From a virus: a DNA stretch of 6,573 bases. A program made the translations under genes and the position numbers. The notes below the pieces were generated by a model. The model was given only the letters and a program-made list of their open reading frames with translations. It had not been told where the DNA came from and searched no databases. Within the stretch, counting starts at the first letter, position 1. Each line of letters begins with the position of its first letter. This document shows, piece by piece, positions 1 through 5,567 of the stretch. The stretch lies in IMG/VR virus record IMGVR_UViG_3300020041_000001, positions 1-6,573 of that record; one strand, written 5' to 3'.

Positions 1-121
1 TAATGAAGGTAAGCATACGCTACTATTAACATACGACGCAACGTAGGAAGAAGAGCCTCCTCGCGATAATTCACAAGTCGTACGACCGTAGGACCAACTC
101 TCAGATACAAGTCGCTGTATA
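1..121. repeat. Terminal direct repeat, copy 1. Identical to 6453..6573; this is the overlap of a circular genome with unit length 6452 bp.
   Basis: Base-by-base comparison of 1..121 with 6453..6573 shows 121/121 identity. The repeat lies inside one continuous reading frame (rep), as expected for a linearised circle rather than a biological LTR or ITR. Confidence 0.97.
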
Positions 122-771
122 GCCGAGGTGAGTTCGTCCGAGTTAAAGAATAATAACAAATGCCAATGCGGGCGATATGTCCGAGGACCATATTCTGATA
201 CAGCGTAAAAACGTATTTCTTCATTATATTTATTTTTTGAATGGAATCTTAAGCGCTTTAAAAACTTCTGACAATCAGAAGTATTACAATAGGGAATGCG
301 GTTGTCGCAATCTTCAAAACGAGGGTAAACAACACTCTTGCGAAGAAAGTCATACCGTCCATGACTCTTAACAATAATATCTTGATATTCAAGGGATGTC
401 ATAGAATGAGTAAATTCAATAGGGGAGTCCTCTATAATCCTGTCCTTACCATTGGGAACATGAATACGCAGATTTCTGTTAATAGATGAGAAAAAATAAT
501 TCGAGCGAGTTCTATCCAAAGGGTCAACAGATTTGAGTTCTATATAAGGAAGATATCTGTCGTCGTAAGAGAGCCAAACAAAATAACAATATTTGAAATT
601 TGAAGCAATATTCATAGCCAATGCGGTATCTCGATTCGACTTATTTTTAAGACACGAATAACAATGTCCACAAGGAGCGTAAATAACATCATTTGTGTAC
701 TTATTGAACACCTTAACGGGACGAAGACACTCCGAGAGAAGATACTTATCTATAACATCCTGAGAAATCAT
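1..771 (-). CDS. VP4: Replication initiation protein (Microviridae VP4 / phiX174 gpA-like HUH endonuclease), N-terminal 257 codons. It continues across the circular junction into 6452..5568; the full protein is 551 aa.
   Basis: Hand translation of the minus strand from ATG 771..769 (in-frame TAA at 777..775 just upstream) finds no stop down to base 1. The frame is continuous with the 5568..6350 ORF via 6452. Motifs seen: C34-G-H-C37-Y-S-C40 (672..652), motif I YFVWLSYDD (about 585..559), HUH motif RPHWHLLLF with H202-W-H204 (168..160), and paired catalytic tyrosines S-Y243-VAS-Y247-VNS (45..31), compare phiX174 gpA YVAKYVNK. The ORF track misses it because it runs off the window edge. Confidence 0.93.
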   Translation of the reverse strand, partial: MISQDVIDKYLLSECLRPVKVFNKYTNDVIYAPCGHCYSCLKNKSNRDTALAMNIASNFKYCYFVWLSYDDRYLPYIELKSVDPLDRTRSNYFFSSINRNLRIHVPNGKDRIIEDSPIEFTHSMTSLEYQDIIVKSHGRYDFLRKSVVYPRFEDCDNRIPYCNTSDCQKFLKRLRFHSKNKYNEEIRFYAVSEYGPRTYRPHWHLLLFFNSDELTSAIQRLVSESWSYGRTTCELSRGGSSSYVASYVNSSVCLPSL

Positions 772-774
772 GAA

Positions 775-945
775 TTATAAATTAGCTGTATATGTGTCAA
801 TAGTATCAATAAGCAACACAACATCCGAATTCAGACGTTTGTCAATAAAGTCGGAAAGAGAAGCCAAATCAACAACATAGAGGGAACCTTGTTCTTGAGA
901 ATTCTTAGGTTTAATAGAAACCAAATACATATTTTCCTTTTTCAT
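775..945 (-). CDS. Hypothetical small protein, 56 aa (MKKENMYLVSIKPKNSQEQGSLYVVDLASLSDFIDKRLNSDVVLLIDTIDTYTANL).
   Basis: Found by hand translation; it is below the track's length cutoff. ATG 945..943, TAA 777..775, ending 3 nt before the rep ATG. Same strand as all other genes and fills the gap exactly. No recognisable motif. Confidence 0.5.
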   Translation of the reverse strand: MKKENMYLVSIKPKNSQEQGSLYVVDLASLSDFIDKRLNSDVVLLIDTIDTYTANL

Positions 946-957
946 AACAATAAAATT

Positions 958-1155
958 TTAATGATTAATATTTAATTTAGTCGAATCTACGGAAGAAGAA
1001 GCACTCTGTTCGGTATTCTGAGTAGAATTAGAATTATACTTAGAAATAGACATAGATGCAGTACACGATTGAACAGAAAGAGCAGTAATAACTCCGATGA
1101 TGAAGCTAGAAATCAACTTAATGACTTCAATCCATTGTTGAGCAGTAATTTTCAT
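958..1155 (-). CDS. Small membrane or lipoprotein-like protein, 65 aa from ATG 1155. The track's 74-aa version starts at GTG 1182.
   Basis: MKITAQQWIEVIKLISSFIIGVITALSVQSC-TASMSISKYNSNSTQNTEQSASSSVDSTKLNINH. It has a short polar N-region, a hydrophobic stretch of about 17 residues ending in a Cys (signal-peptide or lipobox-like, though VQSC is not canonical), then a Ser/Thr/Asn-rich tail. Same strand as the phage genes. Confidence 0.55.
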   Translation of the reverse strand: MKITAQQWIEVIKLISSFIIGVITALSVQSCTASMSISKYNSNSTQNTEQSASSSVDSTKLNINH

Positions 1156-1233
1156 AATAATAACAATCTTATAGATAAACACAAATAGACAAAAACAATA
1201 GAATAGACAAATGCCAAAACAAAATCCAAAATG

Positions 1234-1440
1234 TCAAACTTCATAGAGCGAGTATTTAAAGGTCATACTAACAATACGGTATTTATTCCTTAGGTAAGAT
1301 TTTACAACAGGATTCTTATAAACAAAATCCACAGCATGTAACAGCGTAGACCCTACTACATGATCAAGAGAAATAGAGGTAACAACCATAGGAGCAAGCT
1401 CCTCAAGCGAAAACACTATAGCAATAGAAGATATATACAT
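1234..1440 (-). CDS. Hypothetical small protein, 68 aa.
   Basis: ATG 1440..1438, TGA 1236..1234. It is the first ORF after the long noncoding region and sits 26 nt downstream of a Bacteroides-type -7-like element. No recognisable motif. Confidence 0.5.
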   Translation of the reverse strand: MYISSIAIVFSLEELAPMVVTSISLDHVVGSTLLHAVDFVYKNPVVKSYLRNKYRIVSMTFKYSLYEV

Positions 1441-1466
1441 AATAGATTTGTTTTTGATTACGGAAG

Positions 1467-1497
1467 CAAAGTAAGAAATTATTTTTTAAAGAACAAA
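1467..1497 (-). promoter_or_regulatory. Candidate Bacteroidota-type promoter: -33 TTTG (1497..1494), 19 nt spacer, -7 TtACTTTG (1474..1467).
   Basis: The minus strand reads TATTTTGTTCTTTAAAAAATAATTTCTTACTTTGCTTCCG. Against the Bacteroides consensus TTTG-N19-21-TAnnTTTG (recalled from the literature), the -7 box has one mismatch. It lies in a very AT-rich tract and its 3' end is 26 nt upstream of the 1440 ATG. Confidence 0.35.
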
Positions 1498-1703
1498 ATA
1501 AAAACCTGTTTTTTTTGAATTAATCACTGTCATTTATCTAATATAAGGCAAGAAGTGAAGAGTTTTCGGCGGAGATTAACCGAAAACCCTTGCGGGATAA
1601 ATGAAATAGGCTTTCGCCAGTGAAGGCCGCGAAGGTGAGGAGGAACTCAACCACGCGTCCGAAAGATTATTTTCTTTAGGTAGCGCGCTACGCGCGGATT
1701 TTA

Positions 1704-1723
1704 CAGCCGTTAACTAACGGCTG
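1704..1723. repeat. Near-perfect 20-nt palindrome CAGCCGTTA-ac-TAACGGCTG.
   Basis: 1704..1712 is the exact reverse complement of 1715..1723. It contains a GTTAAC palindrome. Confidence 0.85.
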
Positions 1724-1811
1724 GTGCTGTCCTGGCTTAACGCCAGATGCGCACGCGTCACGAGCTTCCAGCTCGCACCGCTACTATGCAGAATGTTCGC
1801 TGCTTATTTTT

Positions 1812-1856
1812 TAGGGGTATATAGGGGTGAACTGCAGCGCAGTAGTGAAGTGCAGC
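1812..1856. repeat. Iteron-like short direct repeats: TAGGGGT x2 and GTGAA(C/G)TGCAGC x2.
   Basis: TAGGGGT occurs at 1812..1818 and 1822..1828, 10 nt apart. GTGAACTGCAGC at 1827..1838 and GTGAAGTGCAGC at 1845..1856 match at 11 of 12 positions, 18 nt apart. AGTGAAG also occurs at 1554..1560, 1619..1625 and 1844..1850. Confidence 0.6.
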
Positions 1857-1904
1857 ATGTTAATGAATAAGATAAGGACAAAGCTGCACCCACACTACGT
1901 GCGT
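1837..1904. repeat. Long imperfect inverted repeat (hairpin) with a 26-nt AT-rich loop.
   Basis: Pairs checked base by base: 1850-1856/1883-1889 (7 bp); 1842-1847/1893-1898 (6 bp) across an aa/cca internal loop; 1838-1841/1900-1903 (4 bp) with 1899 bulged. The loop 1857..1882 is ATGTTAATGAATAAGATAAGGACAAA. Confidence 0.7.
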
Positions 1905-2002
1905 GGTGTGCGGCTTCGCCGATATCAAGGTGCTGGACGCTAAGGGACGTTACCACGTCCAGTTACCTGAGGTCCGTTCAGGCCACGGAGGCCTACCGAC
2001 TA

Positions 2003-3112
2003 TCAATAACGATTATAAGTTCTATTACCGTGAATATAAGTATTAGAAGCCGAACGCTTACGAAAACTACCAGCATTTCCAATAGCATTTCCAACAGTTC
2101 CAAGTGCATTAAGGCCTTCAGACCAATAGCGCTTATCAAATTGCCATTTAGTATTAAGAGCATCCATACGAGACTTCAATACCGACGCAGGAATATATTT
2201 TTTACCTTCTTCAATAAATGGAGAGTTGATATCATAGGAGGCAGCATATTCCGCATTAAGAGCTCTCATGTAAGCATCAGAAGTTTCCTCGGCAACCTTA
2301 TTATCGATCCGCAAACCTTTAGCTTCGGCAGACATAACCAAGCGCTTGGTAATCTCAGATTTAGCTTGCTGATATTTTAAATGACCAGAAGCCATAGCGT
2401 CATAATATTGAGCCGCCATTAAATCCAATTGAAGGCGTTGACCTTCATCAAGATACTTATTGATAACCTGTTTAGATTTGTTGTCTAATAAGACACCAAG
2501 ACGCTGAGCCTGAATCAAATTACCGGACCACTGCATATTACGAAGATTTTGACGATCAGTCTGAAATTGCAGACCAGCACGAGCAAGACCAGTCATTTGA
2601 GACCACTTCTTGTACTCAGGGCCTAATTTCCACCAATCGACGTTCGAGAGAATACTATTAGCCTGTGCGTCGAACAGAGACTTCTGGCTCTGGAGACTCT
2701 GAACATTAGCATTCGTTTCTTTAGTTTGGTTAGCAATCTGAAGAGCCGAAGAGAGAGCGTTAGAGAGACCGGAAAAATCCTGACGCTGCATAGAGAGAGG
2801 AGAAGCAGCGGTAGCCGGAGAAGTAGAACCGACAGAAGAAGCAGTTCCTGCATTACCACCAGTCATCATTAAATAGGGATTCAAACCAGCTTGCGAGAGA
2901 CGCTGGAGCTGAGAAGAAGCCGAATTGTATTCATTTTCACGATTCCACATATCCAATTGGAACTGCCGAGCCTTCTCAGCTTCGGCAGCATTAAACTCAT
3001 TATTCATCTGATTAATAGCCATGTTCGTTTTATTGGTTTTGTTCGTAGAAATAGCATTACCAACAGCAGAAGAAACTTGGCCAACAACCGGAATAAAATC
3101 AAGAAGTCCCAT
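2003..3112 (-). CDS. VP2: Minor capsid / DNA pilot protein VP2 (phiX174 gpH analogue), 369 aa.
   Basis: Track ORF. Gly/Ser/Asn/Gln-rich with a coiled-coil-like centre and the ...RLSQAGLNPYLMM... motif typical of gokushovirus/alpavirus VP2 (recognised from memory). The ATG lies 2 nt after the stop of the preceding ORF. Its position downstream of VP1 fits the family layout. Confidence 0.85.
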   Translation of the reverse strand: MGLLDFIPVVGQVSSAVGNAISTNKTNKTNMAINQMNNEFNAAEAEKARQFQLDMWNRENEYNSASSQLQRLSQAGLNPYLMMTGGNAGTASSVGSTSPATAASPLSMQRQDFSGLSNALSSALQIANQTKETNANVQSLQSQKSLFDAQANSILSNVDWWKLGPEYKKWSQMTGLARAGLQFQTDRQNLRNMQWSGNLIQAQRLGVLLDNKSKQVINKYLDEGQRLQLDLMAAQYYDAMASGHLKYQQAKSEITKRLVMSAEAKGLRIDNKVAEETSDAYMRALNAEYAASYDINSPFIEEGKKYIPASVLKSRMDALNTKWQFDKRYWSEGLNALGTVGNAIGNAGSFRKRSASNTYIHGNRTYNRY

Positions 3113-3114
3113 AA

Positions 3115-3636
3115 TTATTCAGATTGAGAGACAGATTGAGATTGAAGTTCAGAAGCAGAAGCCTCTGTATCAGAAGCTTCCTTTTCAAGAGAAATACGTT
3201 CAGCTTCTCGCTCAATATCCTTAGCTTGTTCTATAAGGTACTCACTCCAGGCGATAAGTTCCGAAGGAGATTGGAGATGACGAGACTTAATAGTATCAAG
3301 AATCTGAGCATCACTCATCTGGTCCATTTGAGACTGAATAGAACTAGACTTAGGACGACGCATATCAATCATGGATTGAACAAATCCAGGTCCATATTTC
3401 TTGGCCATATCAGCAGCATGAAGTAACATACTCACATCAGAACGAATACGAATATACTCATCTTCTTCAGTTCCGTTTTTTTCAAAACGAAAGGGTTCAG
3501 TAGGAAGTTCTTCTAAAACAATATCAGGCTCAGAAGAAGCACATATAGGACACAACTGAACATCACGAACAGATTCACTCTTACGATATCCAGGGCCGAA
3601 GCATTTTTTGTTTCTATTTTCCTCTTTATTTTTCAT
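3115..3636 (-). CDS. Hypothetical 173-aa protein. By position it is a candidate internal scaffolding (VP3-like) protein.
   Basis: Track ORF wedged between VP1 (7-nt gap) and VP2 (2-nt gap). Basic N-terminus with three Cys (KKCFGPGY...QLCPIC) and a strongly acidic Ser/Glu-rich C-terminus. The function is assigned from position only. Confidence 0.72.
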   Translation of the reverse strand: MKNKEENRNKKCFGPGYRKSESVRDVQLCPICASSEPDIVLEELPTEPFRFEKNGTEEDEYIRIRSDVSMLLHAADMAKKYGPGFVQSMIDMRRPKSSSIQSQMDQMSDAQILDTIKSRHLQSPSELIAWSEYLIEQAKDIEREAERISLEKEASDTEASASELQSQSVSQSE

Positions 3637-3643
3637 AACTTAA

Positions 3644-5557
3644 TCAATAAGGTACACCGTCAGCAGACAGTGGACGAGTTACATAACAACCAACATTGCA
3701 ATTCACCAACAGTTGATCAGTTTCCCAAGTAGAATCAACCTTAACAGCAAAAATATCATCAAGAGTATTCGGATTTACCTTGAAGAAGGGCCAAGTAACA
3801 CCTTTATAAGTGGAGAGGTTTCCGCCGAATAAGGAGTACAAGAACGAATCGTCAATAGGAGCAACCCAATCCTTAAGAGTAGTGGTAAATGCACCGTGAA
3901 TTCGATCAATCTTAGTCTTCCAATTATAATAGCGAGGATTATAGCCCAGAATCTTATCCGCAGAATTAACATTCGAATACAGAGCAGAATTCATAAGCTC
4001 AACAGCGGGAACTGATTCCATGCCAATGCTATCAAATTCAGGAATAGGCAGATCTTCAACAGATGTAACAAGAAGTTGACCGTCAGGGGCACTGATCGCG
4101 TAATCCAAGAGAGGAACAGCGTGATATATGCACATAAGAATGTAATATCCAGAGCCAGTATTAAATGTCATAGAACCTTGGCCAGAACCAACACCTTTAC
4201 CATATATATATGCCTGGTCAGTTTCAGAAGACAAATGTTGATTAATAACCTCAGAAATATCAAGATTACGAGCAATACCTCCGATATATTTAGCCATATG
4301 AGACTCAGATTGAGGAACATTGACACCGAAATGAGCCTTAATCTGATCTCTATAATTGGTATCAACAGACTGAGTAATCTCTTTCCACTTCTGAAGAGCT
4401 TCCGCTTGACGAAGAGCAAGTACAGAAAATTTCAAATTTAAATCAGGAGAGTTGCCCAATACAGCCCAGAGATTGGCATTAGCACGAACTGAAATACCGT
4501 CAGAGTCACGAGGATAAATTTGCGTAAACTTATCAGTACCAGAAGAGAGATTTGCGCTTTCAGAGGAAGTTTGGAGCTGTTTAAATTTACCAGAATCATT
4601 AACACCGTCATAAGCTCCAACAGGAACTTTGGAACCATTAATAGACACTGAACCAAGGTCTACTACTGCAAGATCACCAAATTGAGAATTCGGGAGAACA
4701 CCCATAAATTTATCCTTATTCCAATTGGCGTAGCGAAGAGAGAATAAATTGTCTCGTTTCCAATAACCATTACCTGCAACAATAGAACCAGAGAGACCAG
4801 AAGGTCCAAATAGATTACCAGTACCAGTATACCAATCAAAATTATAAGAGGTAGGATCTGCATTTTCCCATTGAGACCAACGAAAAAAATCTTGATAAAT
4901 CTTCTGATACGCAGCAAGAGGAAATAGGTTGACAGCTAAGTTAACGTTATATTTCTGAGAGTAGCTAGAACTACTAGAGAGAGCAGCCTGCATATTCCAC
5001 CAGCGATTAGTACCTGTACCAATCCATGAAGAATCAGAGCGAACAACATTTCCGTAATCCAACATTGTTAGCAATTTGTGATTAACATCTCCTCGATTAT
5101 ATCCAAAAATATTACCAAATCCGGATATAACAGAAACATCATCTCCTAACTGAGTAGGGCTGCCACCCGCAAATTTAAGAGAATCCGCAAGATCACTTAG
5201 AGCGCAATAGGGTAAATCTCCTTTAACAGTAAGATTTGTCAATAGATCCTTAGATTGCAAGGGAGCTTTCTCTCCCATTTGAATAACGGCAGAATCAAAT
5301 GACTTCCAAATAAGATCACAAGGAACTGCAAAAAAATCAAAATACTCTCGAATACGAGTATAAGCAGAAGTTTGCACAGGACGAGTACGAGTAAAATACT
5401 CTAGATTAAACTTGTACGTACAATTAGGAATCGCAAAATCAGTCCAAACAGGCAACAATTCTCCAATTTTAGCCGTAAAGCAATTTTTAGCAGAGATATC
5501 GTGACCAGATTTATGGGGTCTATTCTGCAATTCCTTAAGACCAGTAAAATGAGCCAT
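3644..5557 (-). CDS. VP1: Major capsid protein VP1 (Microviridae F-protein family), 637 aa.
   Basis: Longest ORF. The N-terminus MAHFTGLKELQNRPHKSGHDISAKNCFTAKIGELLPVW...YFTRTRPVQTSAYTRIREYFDFFAVPCDLIW matches the conserved N-terminal signature of Microviridae capsid proteins (recognised from memory, no search run). Its size fits the larger alpavirus-like VP1. Confidence 0.95.
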   Translation of the reverse strand: MAHFTGLKELQNRPHKSGHDISAKNCFTAKIGELLPVWTDFAIPNCTYKFNLEYFTRTRPVQTSAYTRIREYFDFFAVPCDLIWKSFDSAVIQMGEKAPLQSKDLLTNLTVKGDLPYCALSDLADSLKFAGGSPTQLGDDVSVISGFGNIFGYNRGDVNHKLLTMLDYGNVVRSDSSWIGTGTNRWWNMQAALSSSSSYSQKYNVNLAVNLFPLAAYQKIYQDFFRWSQWENADPTSYNFDWYTGTGNLFGPSGLSGSIVAGNGYWKRDNLFSLRYANWNKDKFMGVLPNSQFGDLAVVDLGSVSINGSKVPVGAYDGVNDSGKFKQLQTSSESANLSSGTDKFTQIYPRDSDGISVRANANLWAVLGNSPDLNLKFSVLALRQAEALQKWKEITQSVDTNYRDQIKAHFGVNVPQSESHMAKYIGGIARNLDISEVINQHLSSETDQAYIYGKGVGSGQGSMTFNTGSGYYILMCIYHAVPLLDYAISAPDGQLLVTSVEDLPIPEFDSIGMESVPAVELMNSALYSNVNSADKILGYNPRYYNWKTKIDRIHGAFTTTLKDWVAPIDDSFLYSLFGGNLSTYKGVTWPFFKVNPNTLDDIFAVKVDSTWETDQLLVNCNVGCYVTRPLSADGVPY

Positions 5558-5567
5558 AATAAAAAAA

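Larger units (their letters stand above)
1555..2002 (-). other. GC-rich, hairpin-dense noncoding island. Candidate replication or complementary-strand origin, or a structured RNA.
   Basis: The track shows no ORF of 60 aa or more in any frame. 233 of 440 bases are G+C in 1561..2000 by hand count. Perfect stems: 1562-1569/1580-1587; 1587-1589/1594-1596; 1609-1611/1616-1618; 1683-1687/1691-1695; 1704-1712/1715-1723; 1732-1736/1742-1746; 1761-1766/1770-1775; 1911-1914/1918-1921; 1945-1950/1955-1960 (alternative 1933-1939/1956-1962); 1966-1970/1978-1982; 1980-1984/1990-1994. There is also the long hairpin 1837..1904. Strand assignment is tentative. Confidence 0.6.

Noticed and set aside
381-393. 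CTTGATATT (381..389), a 9-nt identity to the phiX174 origin core, within the palindrome CTTGATATTCAAG. It lies inside the rep gene, which is where phiX174 keeps its origin.
   Set aside because: The match is on the window plus strand, antisense to the genes, whereas Rep must nick the sense (viral) strand. On the sense strand only GATATTA is shared. A 9-mer match to some part of a 30-nt reference is not surprising in 2 x 6.4 kb.
775-1182. The ORFs 1182..958, 945..775 and rep (771..) are all in the same frame, separated only by single TAA codons. This might mean stop-codon read-through or recoding producing a fusion protein.
   Set aside because: Three ORFs share a frame by chance about 1 time in 9. 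TAA is also the normal stop of rep and the 173-aa ORF, each downstream ORF has its own ATG, and TGA and TAA both act as stops elsewhere, so the standard code fits.
1184-1211. 10-nt direct repeat AATAGACAAA at 1184..1193 and 1202..1211 in the spacer between two small ORFs.
   Set aside because: It is a short repeat in very AT-rich, low-complexity sequence, so chance recurrence is likely. I could not fit a promoter consensus to it.
1747-1760. Minus-strand TGACGCGTGCGCA resembles a stretch of E. coli 4.5S/SRP RNA (UGACGCGUGUGCC), and a GGAA-capped stem lies nearby (1761..1775).
   Set aside because: The flanks lack the conserved SRP domain IV internal-loop sequences around the tetraloop, and there is no overall collinearity. 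I judge it coincidental similarity within GC-rich sequence.
1812-1856. The short direct repeats could be a minimal CRISPR-like array.
   Set aside because: The repeat units are only 7-12 nt with 3-6 nt between copies, far below CRISPR repeat and spacer sizes. There are only two copies of each and no cas genes.
1850-1875. GTGCAGCATGTTAATGAATAAG vaguely resembles a XerC/D dif site (E. coli GGTGCGCATAATGTATATTATGTTAAAT). Bacteroidota microviruses are known as dif-integrated prophages.
   Set aside because: Only scattered identities, with no clear 11-6-11 arm-spacer-arm structure, and I do not know the Bacteroidota dif consensus well enough. It cannot be supported from the sequence alone. Alignment to host dif sites and prophage junctions would test it.
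1930-2000. The stacked hairpins could form a tRNA or tRNA-like cloverleaf.
   Set aside because: I tried cloverleaf assignments on both strands. There is no 7-bp acceptor pairing, no T-loop (TTCRA) sequence, the candidate anticodon loop lacks U33, and the stems overlap one another.
4168-4917. Three consecutive very hydrophobic alternative-frame ORFs inside VP1 on the gene strand (4168..4419, 4438..4656, 4663..4917). They could be a phiX174 E-like embedded lysis gene. ORFs 2623..2859 and 3775..3972 are similar.
   Set aside because: All three are in the same shifted frame, interrupted by stops. They are uniformly Leu/Ile/Val-rich, as expected from frame-shifted reading of this codon usage. Nothing distinguishes them from a compositional artefact. 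Only comparative synonymous-constraint analysis could revive the idea.
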